Origin: Eledone cirrhosa
Taxonomy: Eukaryota
Assembly: GCA_964016885.1 (NCBI GenBank)
Contig: OZ024740.1
Span: forward strand, 181,350,001 to 181,414,000
Length of the DNA: 64,000 nucleotides
Direction: 5' to 3'
Shown here in pieces: positions 55,701 through 64,000 of the stretch. Both the position numbers and the translations under genes were made by a program. How positions within the stretch are numbered: position 1 is the first letter of the stretch; every line of letters begins with the position of its first letter. The notes under the pieces were generated by a model, which was given only the letters and a program-made list of their open reading frames with translations, had not been told where the DNA came from and did not search any database.

Positions 55701-56179
55701 CCCCCGCTCCTATCAGATACTCCCACACAATCCCAGCGTGCTTCTAAGATGCCATTCCAATCCCCTATTAACAGTAAAGGGCGAGACGTAAGCAGAAAGT
55801 TTTCCAGGCGCCTAAAGAAGTCCGGCCGACCGGCCCCAGTAGGGGCGTAGACGGCCACCAGTCTAAAGGCACCACCTTCGCTATTGCTCACGTCCAGGAC
55901 CACCAACTTTCCGTCAGGATCCCGGAAGATTGACCTTACCTCGAGATCCAGACATTTCCTAAACAGCACAGCCACTCCACCTCCCATTCCCGGCCGACTA
56001 ACAGATGCAAAGATCTGATAATCGTCGAAAATCGGCGCCAGTGCGCGTGTGTCGGAAATTCTGGTCTCGCTGATGGCAATTACATCCATTCCTAGTGACC
56101 TGAGGTCGTTGAGCAAGTGACCTTGCTTCCAGGGCGACCCCAGGCCACGAACATTTAAACTTCCTACTCTTATGGCCAT
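52761..56179 (-). pseudogene. Copy A ORF2 (APE-RT-zinc finger), split by a 1-nt deletion
   Basis: 291-aa and 815-aa pieces match copy B ORF2. The G run at 55361-55366 is G6 versus G7 in copy B (61199-61205). Confidence 0.9.
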
Positions 56180-56208
56180 GCTGGCAGGATGAATGGGAGA
56201 GGAAAGGT

Positions 56209-58116
56209 TTACTTACCTTCCGGGGTCTTGTGAAGGTCGGGTGGTTCGACCTCCATGGTTTGTGGGGTTTCTTTTGGGAACCCCTTTAATAGTCTTGACG
56301 TGGGTTTTACGTTCGGGGTTCCCACATCCCGAGGAAAGCTCTTTCGAATTTCTTTGTATGAAGCGAGCGACATTCGCATCAGAAGCAAATTATCTGGTAC
56401 GCGAAATGTGCTCGCTTCAAATGTTTCCCCGTCTTTTTCGATGTTTGTGCTTCGTGCTACATGGGCCATCAATTCCGTGTTGGCCCTTCTGGCAAGCACG
56501 AAGTTTTTAATGTTTTGTTGCTCGGGTTTTATTTGTTCGTGTGATTGTGGTGGTGATAGCTTTGTTAGTGTTGTTTCTATTGTGTCTGCGTTTGTTGTGG
56601 GTGGGGTGTCTGTAGTTTCTGATGTTTGTGTGTCTATTTGTTCTTGTGTCTGTTTAGCTTGTTTGCGTTTGGGGGATTTTGGTGGTTGTGTTGGTGATGC
56701 TGTGGGGAAGATGTTTGTGTGGGTGGTGTGTGTATTTTTTTTTGTGGGGGTGTTTGTGCTTTGTGGATTTCTTTTTTTTTTGTGTTTTGTTTTTTGTATT
56801 TTGGGGGACTTTGGTTTTCCCTCATCTTCACTGCTGGAGGATGAGGTTTCTGTGGCTGTGAGCGTGTTTGTGTCTGAGTGAGTGTTTATGTTCTTGTTCG
56901 TGTGTGTATTTTGGGGGGGAGGGGGAATGGGAGAGCTTTCCTCGTTTCCCCCCTGGGTGTGCAATTTTGGTGGTTCCATTGTTGACGGTGTTGCTGGTGG
57001 TCCTTGTCCCGGCGTCGCCAGCAGTGGAATCTTTCGACCCCTTGCGCTTTTCGGCAGTTGAGGGCAGAAGGCTCGCAAGTGTGTCGTTTCCCCACAAAGG
57101 AAACAATGCGGCCTTTTGCCCTCAGTCATTATATGCAACACCCTCCCGTTTTGGAGGCGGATGTGGTCCGGGATTGCTTTCACGTTTTCGGGTCTGATTT
57201 GGAGCAGTATCTCCAGATCAACCCCGGACCAGTCGTCCCTGGCAGTTCTCGTTGCCTCTACCGGGACTGTATCCGTTCCTTCCACGATTACGCAACCCAG
57301 GAGCCACCACATATCAAGTCCTGGTGGAATCCTGGGAATGCGCACACGTGCTATTCGTTTTCCCATGTGGGAGGGGTACATTATAACCTTGCTGGTTTTG
57401 CAAGGGGTCATTGAATGCTTCACAGCGAGGGCTTCAGACTTGAACAGCACCGAAACGGTGCCGTATTGCCTGCCCCTCTCTATGAAGTCTGTGTCCTCTC
57501 TGATGTATTTCAGTGCGGCTTCTATATCAGCTTGGGCGATTATCGCTGCCCTCTTTGTCTCTACTGAGATGCATCTGAAATGCACCGTTCTTTTTTCCAC
57601 TGCCTCAATGGCTTCTGCCGGGACAGTTAAGTTTGCCCAGGTCTGCTCTTGATTTATGATTTTCCAGGCCTGGGCCAACTTTTCCTCTCTGTTGGTTAAG
57701 TCGATGCTGTAGCATGGTCTCCTTTTAGCCGCTGCCACAGCAGCGAAGGTGTTCCTGTTGGTGTTGTCACTGTTGTTGTTCTTGTTGGTGTTGCTGCTGC
57801 TATTGCTGTTGTTGTTCTCCCCTGTGTCGTGGTTACCCTCTGTGCTGTTGGCCTTGGTGCTGTTGCTGTCGCTACTATTACTCTCTGTGCTGTTCGTTTT
57901 GTTGGTGCTCTCGCTATTACCACCTTCTGCGCTGTTCGGCTTGTTGGTGTTGGTGTTGTCGCTGTTACCACCTTCCGCGCCGCTCGGCCCGTTGGTGCTG
58001 GCACTGTCGCTGCTCACATTCGTGCTGGTGGCGCTCCTCGCCTCACCTCTCCTCTCAACGCTCAAGTCGCCGTTGCACGACAGCAGACCCGCCTCTACGG
58101 GGCGTGGCTCCGCCAT
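56209..58116 (-). CDS. Copy A ORF1, gag-like nucleic-acid-binding protein, 635 aa, intact
   Basis: S/N/T-rich N-terminus, TFAAVAAAK motif, central folded region, CCHC knuckle CFLCGETTHLRAFC, low-complexity K/T/P tail. Confidence 0.85.
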   Translation of the reverse strand: MAEPRPVEAGLLSCNGDLSVERRGEARSATSTNVSSDSASTNGPSGAEGGNSDNTNTNKPNSAEGGNSESTNKTNSTESNSSDSNSTKANSTEGNHDTGENNNSNSSSNTNKNNNSDNTNRNTFAAVAAAKRRPCYSIDLTNREEKLAQAWKIINQEQTWANLTVPAEAIEAVEKRTVHFRCISVETKRAAIIAQADIEAALKYIREDTDFIERGRQYGTVSVLFKSEALAVKHSMTPCKTSKVIMYPSHMGKRIARVRIPRIPPGLDMWWLLGCVIVEGTDTVPVEATRTARDDWSGVDLEILLQIRPENVKAIPDHIRLQNGRVLHIMTEGKRPHCFLCGETTHLRAFCPQLPKSARGRKIPLLATPGQGPPATPSTMEPPKLHTQGGNEESSPIPPPPQNTHTNKNINTHSDTNTLTATETSSSSSEDEGKPKSPKIQKTKHKKKRNPQSTNTPTKKNTHTTHTNIFPTASPTQPPKSPKRKQAKQTQEQIDTQTSETTDTPPTTNADTIETTLTKLSPPQSHEQIKPEQQNIKNFVLARRANTELMAHVARSTNIEKDGETFEASTFRVPDNLLLMRMSLASYKEIRKSFPRDVGTPNVKPTSRLLKGFPKETPQTMEVEPPDLHKTPEGK

Positions 58117-58598
58117 GTTTTTTTGAGAAAAAAATTATTATTTTTTTTTCAAAATAAAGTTCAAATATTTGGGCCAAAAGGCCCAAATATTATGAGTTAT
58201 TCCTTCACAGGATACAAATTAATGTCTTATAATGCTTCAGCGGTACAAAAAATAAACAATTCTCTACAATTAATCCTCAAAAAATTGCTTACTCACGGAG
58301 CTTCAAAAAACGTACATCCACTTTCGTCAATAATAATAATAATAATGATTTCATTTATTGGCCACAAGGGCCGACATATAGGGGACAACACAATAGACAG
58401 GGACAGTGGGGGTTTACATAGAGATCGAGTAAGTATAAATAACAAAAAACAAAATAACAATAAAAATACAACAATGAAAGTTCCCCAATAAGAGGGATCA
58501 CCACCCAGGGTTGACTCAAGCACCCCACCAGTCCTGAGCCACCCGACGCTCCTAGGGCACCCGGGAAGGGCACCCCTCTCCTTCTCGAATTCACCAGC

Positions 58599-61500
58599 CT
58601 ACAGGCGCATGATCAGAGTAGGCCCACTCACGCGGGCCATTCTCGCCACATTCACCCACCTTTCAGTAAATGTACTGGGGGGCAGCACTTCTCTCTCCAC
58701 CCTCACCTTCCTTTCCAAGTGAAACTTGAAGAAGTTGATGAGGGATTGGCCGAAGAGAAAAGTGTCTGTCTTCAGTCCTTTCAACCTGGTCCACCATGCA
58801 ACCTCTTTCGCTACTGCCACCAGGCAGAGGAAAATTGCCTGCCCTTCCTGACCAAAAGAAGGCGGCGGGTCAATTTTCACTATGGACTCGGACGATAGCC
58901 GGATCCGTTCTACACGCGACAATAGCTGTTCGACATAACCCCACAAGTCAGCAATGCACGGACACTGGACGAGTGCGTGCAGAACGGTTTCGTCGCTCTG
59001 CGCGCATCTCGGGCAGGTTCGTCTGACAGCACTTCCGTGCCTGTAGAGTTTATCCCGAACCGGCAGCGCCCCCCGGTAGCACTGCCAAGCGAGGGATTTC
59101 TGGAAGTTATCCATCGTCCCCGGCTCGAAAGTCCTCCGGAACATACTGGTCAGTTCTACTTCGTTGACGCCCAGAGCCTCTCCTAGTACGTCATCGCACT
59201 TGCCCTCCACTAATCCTCTATAGAAATCTTGAGTGGAAGTTCCACTGACCGCATTGCCCACCTTGCAGAGTGCAGTGAGCGCCTGGCAACATTCCAGATG
59301 CCAGTCGCCCAGTCTCGGTCTCTTCTTGACCCAGGACTGCAGCTCAGTCAAAGAGATGAGCTGCGGAAAGGCCCGTCTAACAAACGGCGACCACACCTGT
59401 TCACCGTTTAGGCAAAATATCTGGAGATGTCGCAGCCTCAGCGCATGTCTGCGCATCATTAGCCACGGCATGCCCAGCCCTCCACGAAGAGGGTGCTGGC
59501 AGCAGATGGACCGCCTCACCAACGGGACCCGTCCCCTCCACAAAAATTTGAAAAGGAGCCGTTCCAAATTGGCGAGGCGTGGACGGGGGCAAGGCACGAC
59601 GGTCAGGCGGTAGTAGATGACGGACGCGATGTACGCGTTCGCCACCTCCGCCCGCCCTTTCAGTGATAGCTTTCTCTCAGCCCATTTCTGGGTGAGGTTG
59701 GCTATCCTGCTCGTCACCTCGTCCCAATTCTTATCCACCTGGAGGTCTGGTCCGAACCAAACCCCGAGCAACTTTACCGGTCCGTCTGTCCAGCGCCCAA
59801 CGACGCTGTTGGACGGCATGGACTTGCCTCTCCAGGTGCCGAGCTGCAAGCCCACCGACTTTTCCGGGTTAAGTTTTGCTCCCGTCAACCTTTCATATTC
59901 CTCCAAATGGGTGCGGATCACCTCGATTTCCGAGGTGTCCGACACCATCACGGTGATGTCGTCCGCATAAGCGGACGCAGCCTTTCTACGTCCCGGTTCG
60001 AGCGGGATGCCCTGCAACAACTCCAGCTTCCGCAGTAGAGGCTCAAGAGTCAATACGTACAGAAGTGAGGAGAGAGGGCACCCTTGACGGACCGATCGAG
60101 AGATCTGAAACGGTTCCGAGAGGTGGCCATTAACTTTGACCACCGAGCAGATGCCGCTGTACATTGCAGCGATCCAGCTTCTGAAGACGGGGCCGAAGCC
60201 AGCCGCCTCGAGGACAGCCTCCAAGTACCGATGGTCGACCCTATCGAATGCTTTCGATTGATCTAAATTGATCAGAGCCCCACCGAAGCCAGGTTTGCAC
60301 CCAACCCTCTCTATGATGTATCGCATGAGGTGGAGGTTGTCGTGTATGGACCTGGTCGGGATTGCGCAAGTTTGCGCCTCCCCAACCAAATCTTTGACGA
60401 CAAGCGCCAACCTTTTCGCTAACACCTTGGCCAAAATCTTAAACTCTGTGTTGAGCAGGGTTATGGGCCTGAAATTATCTAGTGTGTCCCTCTTGTTCTC
60501 ATCTTTCCTTATCAGCGTCACTACGCCACGGCTCACAGAACTGGGAATGCTCCCGTTCTGCTGCCAGTTGCAGTAGAGCGCTTCGAGGAGATCGGAGAAC
60601 AAGTCTGGCATATTTACGTAAAGCTCGTAGGGCAGACCATCCAAACCGGGTGACTTGCGACTCGAGCAGCCGACAAGGGCGTCCTGAATTTCGACTGATG
60701 TTATCGGCTCTTCGCAGCGCTCAGCGTCGGCCGTCGAGAGGCGTGGCAAGCCGTCGAGGTAGGGACTGAAGTCCGCCGCCGTCTCCGACTCACCCATCCT
60801 CCCGAACAATCGAGCAAAGTGCTGGCGAAAGGCCTCACACATCTGCTTGGAATCGCTCAGTTCGTGTCCATCTCGATCCGTCAAAGACCGAATTGTGGTT
60901 TTATTTCCACGCTGCGTCTCTGCAAAGCGAGCCCATCGGGCAGCTTTGGTTCCCTCGTTCCTCAGAGCACGCGCCTTAGCTCTGACAATGCAACCTTCGT
61001 GTTTCGCATTGAAGAAATGGTCTAGTGCCATTCTCGCCGCTAGCACGTCTGTTGCAATGCCACTACAAATAGCCTCGTCTAACTTAGCTATCAGCCCCTC
61101 CTCCTTTCTATTTTTCTCTATTGCTACTTCTTTGCTAAATCCTATCGAGGTTGCTCTAATCTCTCTTTTGAGTGCCCCCCACCACCTGTTGTTGACAACC
61201 CCCCCTGTCAACTTTTGCTTAACTAAGTTGTTGACCCGGTCCCTGTAAGCTTTACGTGCCGGAAACGACATGTTTAGCTTCCAGTAGCTAGGTCCTAACC
61301 TACGTGTCTTATCTAGGTCGACCATACAGATCACAAGCTTGTGATCTGAATAGGCAACCGTTTTAAAATGTGGACATCCTACACTATTTCTATCTCTTTT
61401 CCTAATGAAAATCCTATCTATGTACGATCTAGATGACCCTATGCGATTGGTCCAGGTCCATACTGGCGCATTAGGGAAATCTAGTCGGTACCTGTCAGAC

Positions 61501-62018
61501 AGTTGAAACTGGCTGATCAGGTACTTGAGGCTTTTGCACCCCCCGCTCCTATCAGATACTCCCACACAATCCCAGCGTGCTTCTAAGATGCCATTCCAAT
61601 CCCCTATTAACAGTAAAGGGCGAGACGTAAGCAGAAAGTTTTCCAGGCGCCTAAAGAAGTCCGGCCGACCGGCCCCAGTAGGGGCGTAGACGGCCACCAG
61701 TCTAAAGGCACCACCTTCGCTATTGCTCACGTCCAGGACCACCAACTTTCCGTCAGGATCCCGGAAGATTGACCTTACCTCGAGATCCAGACATTTCCTA
61801 AACAGCACAGCCACTCCACCTCCCATTCCCGGCCGACTAACAGATGCAAAGATCTGATAATCGTCGAAAATCGGCGCCAGTGCGCGTGTGTCGGAAATTC
61901 TGGTCTCGCTGATGGCAATTACATCCATTCCTAGTGACCTGAGGTCGTTGAGCAAGTGACCTTGCTTCCAGGGCGACCCCAGGCCACGAACATTTAAACT
62001 TCCTACTCTTATGGCCAT
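58599..62018 (-). CDS. Copy B ORF2, intact 1139-aa APE endonuclease / reverse transcriptase / C-terminal zinc finger
   Basis: APE: GSLNVRGL, SETR, VYAP, GDWN, YIDRIF, SDH. RT: SPGLDGLP, FRPITLLNTEFKIL, DQSKAFDRVDH, VRQGCPLS, YADD. C-terminal CPRC...H...C. Confidence 0.95.
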   Translation of the reverse strand: MAIRVGSLNVRGLGSPWKQGHLLNDLRSLGMDVIAISETRISDTRALAPIFDDYQIFASVSRPGMGGGVAVLFRKCLDLEVRSIFRDPDGKLVVLDVSNSEGGAFRLVAVYAPTGAGRPDFFRRLENFLLTSRPLLLIGDWNGILEARWDCVGVSDRSGGCKSLKYLISQFQLSDRYRLDFPNAPVWTWTNRIGSSRSYIDRIFIRKRDRNSVGCPHFKTVAYSDHKLVICMVDLDKTRRLGPSYWKLNMSFPARKAYRDRVNNLVKQKLTGGVVNNRWWGALKREIRATSIGFSKEVAIEKNRKEEGLIAKLDEAICSGIATDVLAARMALDHFFNAKHEGCIVRAKARALRNEGTKAARWARFAETQRGNKTTIRSLTDRDGHELSDSKQMCEAFRQHFARLFGRMGESETAADFSPYLDGLPRLSTADAERCEEPITSVEIQDALVGCSSRKSPGLDGLPYELYVNMPDLFSDLLEALYCNWQQNGSIPSSVSRGVVTLIRKDENKRDTLDNFRPITLLNTEFKILAKVLAKRLALVVKDLVGEAQTCAIPTRSIHDNLHLMRYIIERVGCKPGFGGALINLDQSKAFDRVDHRYLEAVLEAAGFGPVFRSWIAAMYSGICSVVKVNGHLSEPFQISRSVRQGCPLSSLLYVLTLEPLLRKLELLQGIPLEPGRRKAASAYADDITVMVSDTSEIEVIRTHLEEYERLTGAKLNPEKSVGLQLGTWRGKSMPSNSVVGRWTDGPVKLLGVWFGPDLQVDKNWDEVTSRIANLTQKWAERKLSLKGRAEVANAYIASVIYYRLTVVPCPRPRLANLERLLFKFLWRGRVPLVRRSICCQHPLRGGLGMPWLMMRRHALRLRHLQIFCLNGEQVWSPFVRRAFPQLISLTELQSWVKKRPRLGDWHLECCQALTALCKVGNAVSGTSTQDFYRGLVEGKCDDVLGEALGVNEVELTSMFRRTFEPGTMDNFQKSLAWQCYRGALPVRDKLYRHGSAVRRTCPRCAQSDETVLHALVQCPCIADLWGYVEQLLSRVERIRLSSESIVKIDPPPSFGQEGQAIFLCLVAVAKEVAWWTRLKGLKTDTFLFGQSLINFFKFHLERKVRVEREVLPPSTFTERWVNVARMARVSGPTLIMRL

Positions 62019-62047
62019 GCTGGCAGGATGAATGGGAGAGGAAAGGT

Positions 62048-63958
62048 TTACTTACCTTCCGGGGTCTTGTGAAGGTCGGGTGGTTCGACCTCCATGGTTT
62101 GTGGGGTTTCTTTTGGGAACCCCTTTAATAGTCTTGACGTGGGTTTTACGTTCGGGGTTCCCACATCCCGAGGAAAGCTCTTTCGAATTTCTTTGTATGA
62201 AGCGAGCGACATTCGCATCAGAAGCAAATTATCTGGTACGCGAAATGTGCTCGCTTCAAATGTTTCCCCGTCTTTTTCGATGTTTGTGCTTCGTGCTACA
62301 TGGGCCATCAATTCCTTGTTGGCCCTTCTGGCAAGCACGAAGTTTTTAATGTTTTGTTGCTCGGGTTTTATTTGTTCGTGTGATTGTGGTGGTGATAGCT
62401 TTGTTAGTGTTGTTTCTATTGTGTCTGCGTTTGTTGTGGGTGGGGTGTCTGTAGTTTCTGATGTTTGTGTGTCTATTTGTTCTTGTGTCTGTTTAGCTTG
62501 TTTGCGTTTGGGGGATTTTGGTGGTTGTGTTGGTGATGCTGTGGGGAAAATGTTTGTGTGGGTGGTGTGTGTATTTTTTTTTGTGGGGGTGTTTGTGCTT
62601 TGTGGATTTCTTTTTTTTTGTGTTTTGTTTTTTGTATTTTGGGGGACTTTGGTTTTCCCTCATCTTCACTGCTGGAGGATGAGGGGTCTGTGGCTGTGAG
62701 CGTGTTTGTGTCTGAGTGAGTGTTTATGTTCTTGTTCGTGTGTGTATTTTTGGGGGGGAGGGGGAATGGGAGAGCTTTCCTCGTTTCCCCCCTGGGTGTG
62801 CAATTTTGGTGGTTCCATTGTTGACGGTGTTGCTGGTGGTCCTTGTCCCGGCATCGCCAGCAGTGGAATCTTTCGACCCCTTGCGCTTTTCGGCAGTTGA
62901 GGGCAGAAGGCTCGCAAGTGTGTCGTTTCCCCACAAAGGAAACAATGCGGCCTTTTGCCCTCAGTCATTATATGCATCACCCTCCCGTTTTGGAGGCGGA
63001 TGTGGTCCGGGATTGCTTTTACGTTTTCGGGTCTGATTTGGAGCAGTATCTCCAGATCAACCCCGGACCAGTCGTCCCTGGCAGTTCTCGTTGCCTCTAC
63101 CGGGACTGTATCCGTTCCTTCCACGATTACGCAACCCAGGAGCCACCACATATCAAGTCCTGGTGGAATCCTGGGAATGCGCACACGTGCTATTCGTTTT
63201 CCCATGTGGGAGGGGTACATTATAACCTTGCTGGTTTTGCAAGGGGTCATTGAATGCTTCACAGCGAGGGCTTCAGACTTGAACAGCACCGAAACGGTGC
63301 CGTATTGCCTGCCCCTCTCTATGAAGTCTGTGTCCTCTCTGATGTATTTCAGTGCGGCTTCTATATCAGCTTGGGCGATTATCGCTGCCCTCTTTGTCTC
63401 TACTGAGATGCATCTGAAATGCACCGTTCTTTTTTCCACTGCCTCAATGGCTTCTGCCGGGACAGTTAAGTTTGCCCAGGTCTGCTCTTGATTTATGATT
63501 TTCCAGGCCTGGGCCAACTTTTCCTCTCTGTTGGTTAAGTCGATGCTGTAGCATGGTCTCCTTTTAGCCGCTGCCACAGCAGCGAAGGTGTTCTTGTTGG
63601 TGTTGTCACTGTTGTTGTTCTTGTTGGTGTTGCTGCTGCTATTGCTGTTGTTGTTCTCCCCTGTGTCGTGGTTACCCTCTGTGCTGTTGGCCTTGTTGGT
63701 GCTGTTGCTGTCGCTACTATTACTCTCTGTGCTGTTCGTTTTGTTGGTGCTCTCGCTATTACCACCTTCTGCGCTGTTCGGCTTGTTGGTGTTGGTGTTG
63801 TCGCTGTTACCACCTTCCGCGCCGCTCGGCCCGTTGGTGCTGGCACTGTCGCTGCTCACATTCGTGCTGGTGGCGCTCCTCGCCTCACCTCTCCTCTCAA
63901 CGCTCAAGTCGCCGTTGCACGACAGCAGACCTGCCTCTAGGGGGCGTGGCTCCTCCAT
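62048..63958 (-). pseudogene. Copy B ORF1, interrupted by +1 and -1 homopolymer indels with an intervening stop
   Basis: T5 versus T4 near 62747-62751 and T9 versus T10 near 62611-62619 relative to copy A. The 430-aa and 96-aa pieces are in the same frame. Confidence 0.85.
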
Positions 63959-64000
63959 GTTTTTTTGAGAAAAAAATTATTATTTTTTTTCAAAATAAAG

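Larger units (their letters stand above)
52495..58328 (-). mobile_element. Full-length L1/Tx1-like non-LTR retrotransposon, copy A
   Basis: 212-nt 5' UTR, ORF1, 29-nt spacer, APE-RT-Zn ORF2, 3' UTR with AATAAA (tttatt 52514-19) and (ATT)n tail. Confidence 0.93.
58329..64000 (-). mobile_element. L1/Tx1-like retrotransposon, copy B, head-to-tail with copy A; 5' UTR continues beyond the window
   Basis: Near-identical to copy A at offset 5838-5842. Its (ATT)6 tail (58329-58346) abuts the first base of copy A. Confidence 0.93.

Noticed and set aside
52958-63968. Plus-strand and alternate-frame ORFs overlapping the Tx1-like copies
   Set aside because: Antisense or shadow frames of GC-rich coding sequence; no independent motifs.

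Overview
Eukaryotic, very AT-rich, microsatellite-dense DNA. The tRNA-derived SINEs resemble families I recall from Octopus/cephalopod genomes (inference, not a database result). I could not support any host protein-coding gene; most short ORFs are microsatellite translations. Three things stand out. (1) 52495-64000 holds two near-identical head-to-tail copies of an L1/Tx1-like non-LTR retrotransposon (minus strand, ~5.84 kb unit). They lack poly(A), end in (ATT)n, are joined through (ATT)6 and sit next to an (ACT)n microsatellite. Copy A has an intact ORF1, copy B an intact ORF2, and every disruption I found is a 1-nt homopolymer indel. (2) A series of fold-back or direct-repeat modules sits in or beside (TA)n tracts and looks like Penelope-like element (PLE) pseudo-LTR remnants. 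Several carry hammerhead ribozyme folds: a canonical type I at 28764-28811, a minimal inverted pair in a palindrome at 33667-33808, and a U3-A8 compensatory-core variant at 10348-10455. (3) Decayed RTE-like LINEs, three CRE-like RLE 3' ends, a deleted mariner and several SINEs. All folds and alignments were done by eye; boundaries of decayed elements are approximate.
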